DNA from: Myxococcota bacterium
GTDB taxonomy: Bacteria; Myxococcota; XYA12-FULL-58-9; JABJBS01
DNA length: 64,000 nucleotides
Assembly: GCA_036339465.1 (NCBI GenBank)
Contig: JAYZAY010000067.1
Location: forward strand, 66,638-130,637
Direction: 5' to 3'
Shown here: one piece after another, positions 62,616 to 64,000 of the stretch
Layout: each line of letters begins with the position of its first letter
Position numbering within the stretch: the stretch's first letter is position 1
Translations under genes and position numbers: made by a program
The notes under the pieces: model-generated
What the model was told of the DNA's origin: nothing
The model's database searches: none
What the model saw: only the letters and a program-made list of their open reading frames with translations

Positions 62616-64000
62616 ATGGCAGTATCTTTACTTTCTATCATTAGCCCCAACTGGATAGAGCAGATTCTCTCTGAAGCCCTTGCGGGTGGCGGAGATTTTG
62701 CCGAAATTTATGGGGAACGTAGTTCTGGAACCAGTGTCTCTCTAGAAGAAAAACAGGTGAAACATGCATCTTTCGGGAAATCCGTAGGCGTCGGTATTCG
62801 GGTCCTCAAAGGAAGCGAGGTCGGTTACGCTTATTCCGATGATTTGGACCTTAAGCAGCTGCTCAAAACGGCTCGAGTAGCAGGAGCCATCGCAAGATCG
62901 GGCGGTGCAAAATCTCCGATCGATGTATCCCCTGTAAAAACCCCATCCAGATACCCATTTACAGTCGACCCCAATCAGGTCGCAATTTGCAATAAAGTCG
63001 CTATGTTACGGGAGGGTTCAAGCATCGCACACGGATTGGACAAGCGAATTCAAGAAGTCATGGGAAGTATTGTCGACGCCAAGAAAGAAATCCTCATTGC
63101 CAATTCAGAGGGACTTCTAGCCGAAGATGAACGCATTATGTGTCGCTTGAATTTTGTGGCGGTCGCGATGGACAACACGGGAGAAAGAAGGACGGGCTCT
63201 CACGGGGGAGGAGGCAGGGTTGGTTTTGAGTTTTTCGACGAATTCTCCCCCGACAAAGTTGCCAAAGAAGCCGCACGCATGGCCATAGCCCAAATGGGAG
63301 CCATCGAAGCCCCCGCTGGACAGCAAACCGTTGTTTTGAGCCCTGGGTGGAGTGGTATCCTTCTGCACGAAGCAGTGGGACATGGACTAGAGGCGGATTT
63401 TATTAAGAAAGGAACCTCTCTATATACTGGTCAATTGGGTGAGAAGGTTGCTTCGGATCTCTGCACCGTTATCGATAGCGGTACTCCTCTCAATCGAAGG
63501 GGCTCTTTGAACGTCGATGACGAAGGTCGGGTACCAGAGGAAAACGTGCTCATCGAAAAGGGAATTCTAAAGGGCTATCTAAGTGACAAAATTTCCGCAC
63601 AAGAAATGAACATCTCTTCAACAGGCAGTGGCCGACGCCAGAATTACCGCTACGCTCCCATGCCGAGAATGACAAATACTTTTATGGCAGCGGGCCCTCA
63701 TACACATGATGAAATTATGTCGAGTGTACAAAATGGCATTTACTGTGCTTCTTTTGGCGGTGGTCAGGTTGATATTTCGAATGGGAATTTCGTTTTTGAA
63801 GTTCGAGAAGGATACGTGATAGAAGACGGCAAGCTAACCAATCCAGTGAAAAATGCCACCCTGATTGGCTTGGGACCAGAGACCCTGAAGAATGTCAGCA
63901 TGGTTGCAGACAATCCAGAGCTCGATCCTGGTATCGGAACTTGCGGTAAAGATGGCCAATCCGTTCCAGTCGGCGTCGGTATGCCAACGATTCGAATTGA
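62616..64000 (+). CDS. tldD: TldD metalloprotease (3'-partial; absent from ORF track)
   Basis: My translation: MAVSLL...GGDFAEIYGE, GVGIRV, LLHEAVGHGLEADF, DDEG, PRMTNT, GGQVD, CGKDGQSVPVG; open to the window end. Confidence 0.95.
   Translation, partial: MAVSLLSIISPNWIEQILSEALAGGGDFAEIYGERSSGTSVSLEEKQVKHASFGKSVGVGIRVLKGSEVGYAYSDDLDLKQLLKTARVAGAIARSGGAKSPIDVSPVKTPSRYPFTVDPNQVAICNKVAMLREGSSIAHGLDKRIQEVMGSIVDAKKEILIANSEGLLAEDERIMCRLNFVAVAMDNTGERRTGSHGGGGRVGFEFFDEFSPDKVAKEAARMAIAQMGAIEAPAGQQTVVLSPGWSGILLHEAVGHGLEADFIKKGTSLYTGQLGEKVASDLCTVIDSGTPLNRRGSLNVDDEGRVPEENVLIEKGILKGYLSDKISAQEMNISSTGSGRRQNYRYAPMPRMTNTFMAAGPHTHDEIMSSVQNGIYCASFGGGQVDISNGNFVFEVREGYVIEDGKLTNPVKNATLIGLGPETLKNVSMVADNPELDPGIGTCGKDGQSVPVGVGMPTIRI

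Overview
A 64-kb stretch of core bacterial chromosome, most likely from a Myxococcota/deltaproteobacterial lineage. That assignment is inferred from the split F1Fo operon with separate b and b' genes, the long-form HflX, the giant TPR protein and the ECF module. It is mostly housekeeping. Translation and RNA-modification genes: rsmB, rimO, miaB, truB, rbfA, hflX, tRNA-Leu(TAG) and initiator tRNA-Met. Energy and envelope genes: atpF'FHAGDC, mlaEFD, alr, lnt, an MltD-like transglycosylase. Metabolism and other: nadD, coaE, proC, gshB, rnhB, tldD and a prkA-X-yeaH locus. Signalling genes are scattered: two MCPs, CheX, a REC-GGDEF protein and an ECF sigma/anti-sigma pair. I see no mobile element, prophage, CRISPR array or defence island, and no clear-cut new multi-gene system. 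The most interesting signals are at nucleotide level. (1) A ~4,190-codon TPR frame is broken by one in-frame TGA. (2) About eight genes have a sigma70-like promoter placing the transcription start on the start codon, suggesting widespread leaderless mRNA. (3) hflX probably starts at AUU. (4) A heavily decayed histidine-kinase pseudogene lies in the 1.2-kb gap after rimO. (5) There are structured leaders before prkA and cheX, a shared promoter motif upstream of the two methylthiotransferase genes, and a rhomboid lacking its catalytic dyad. All calls come from motif reading by eye; no database search was run.
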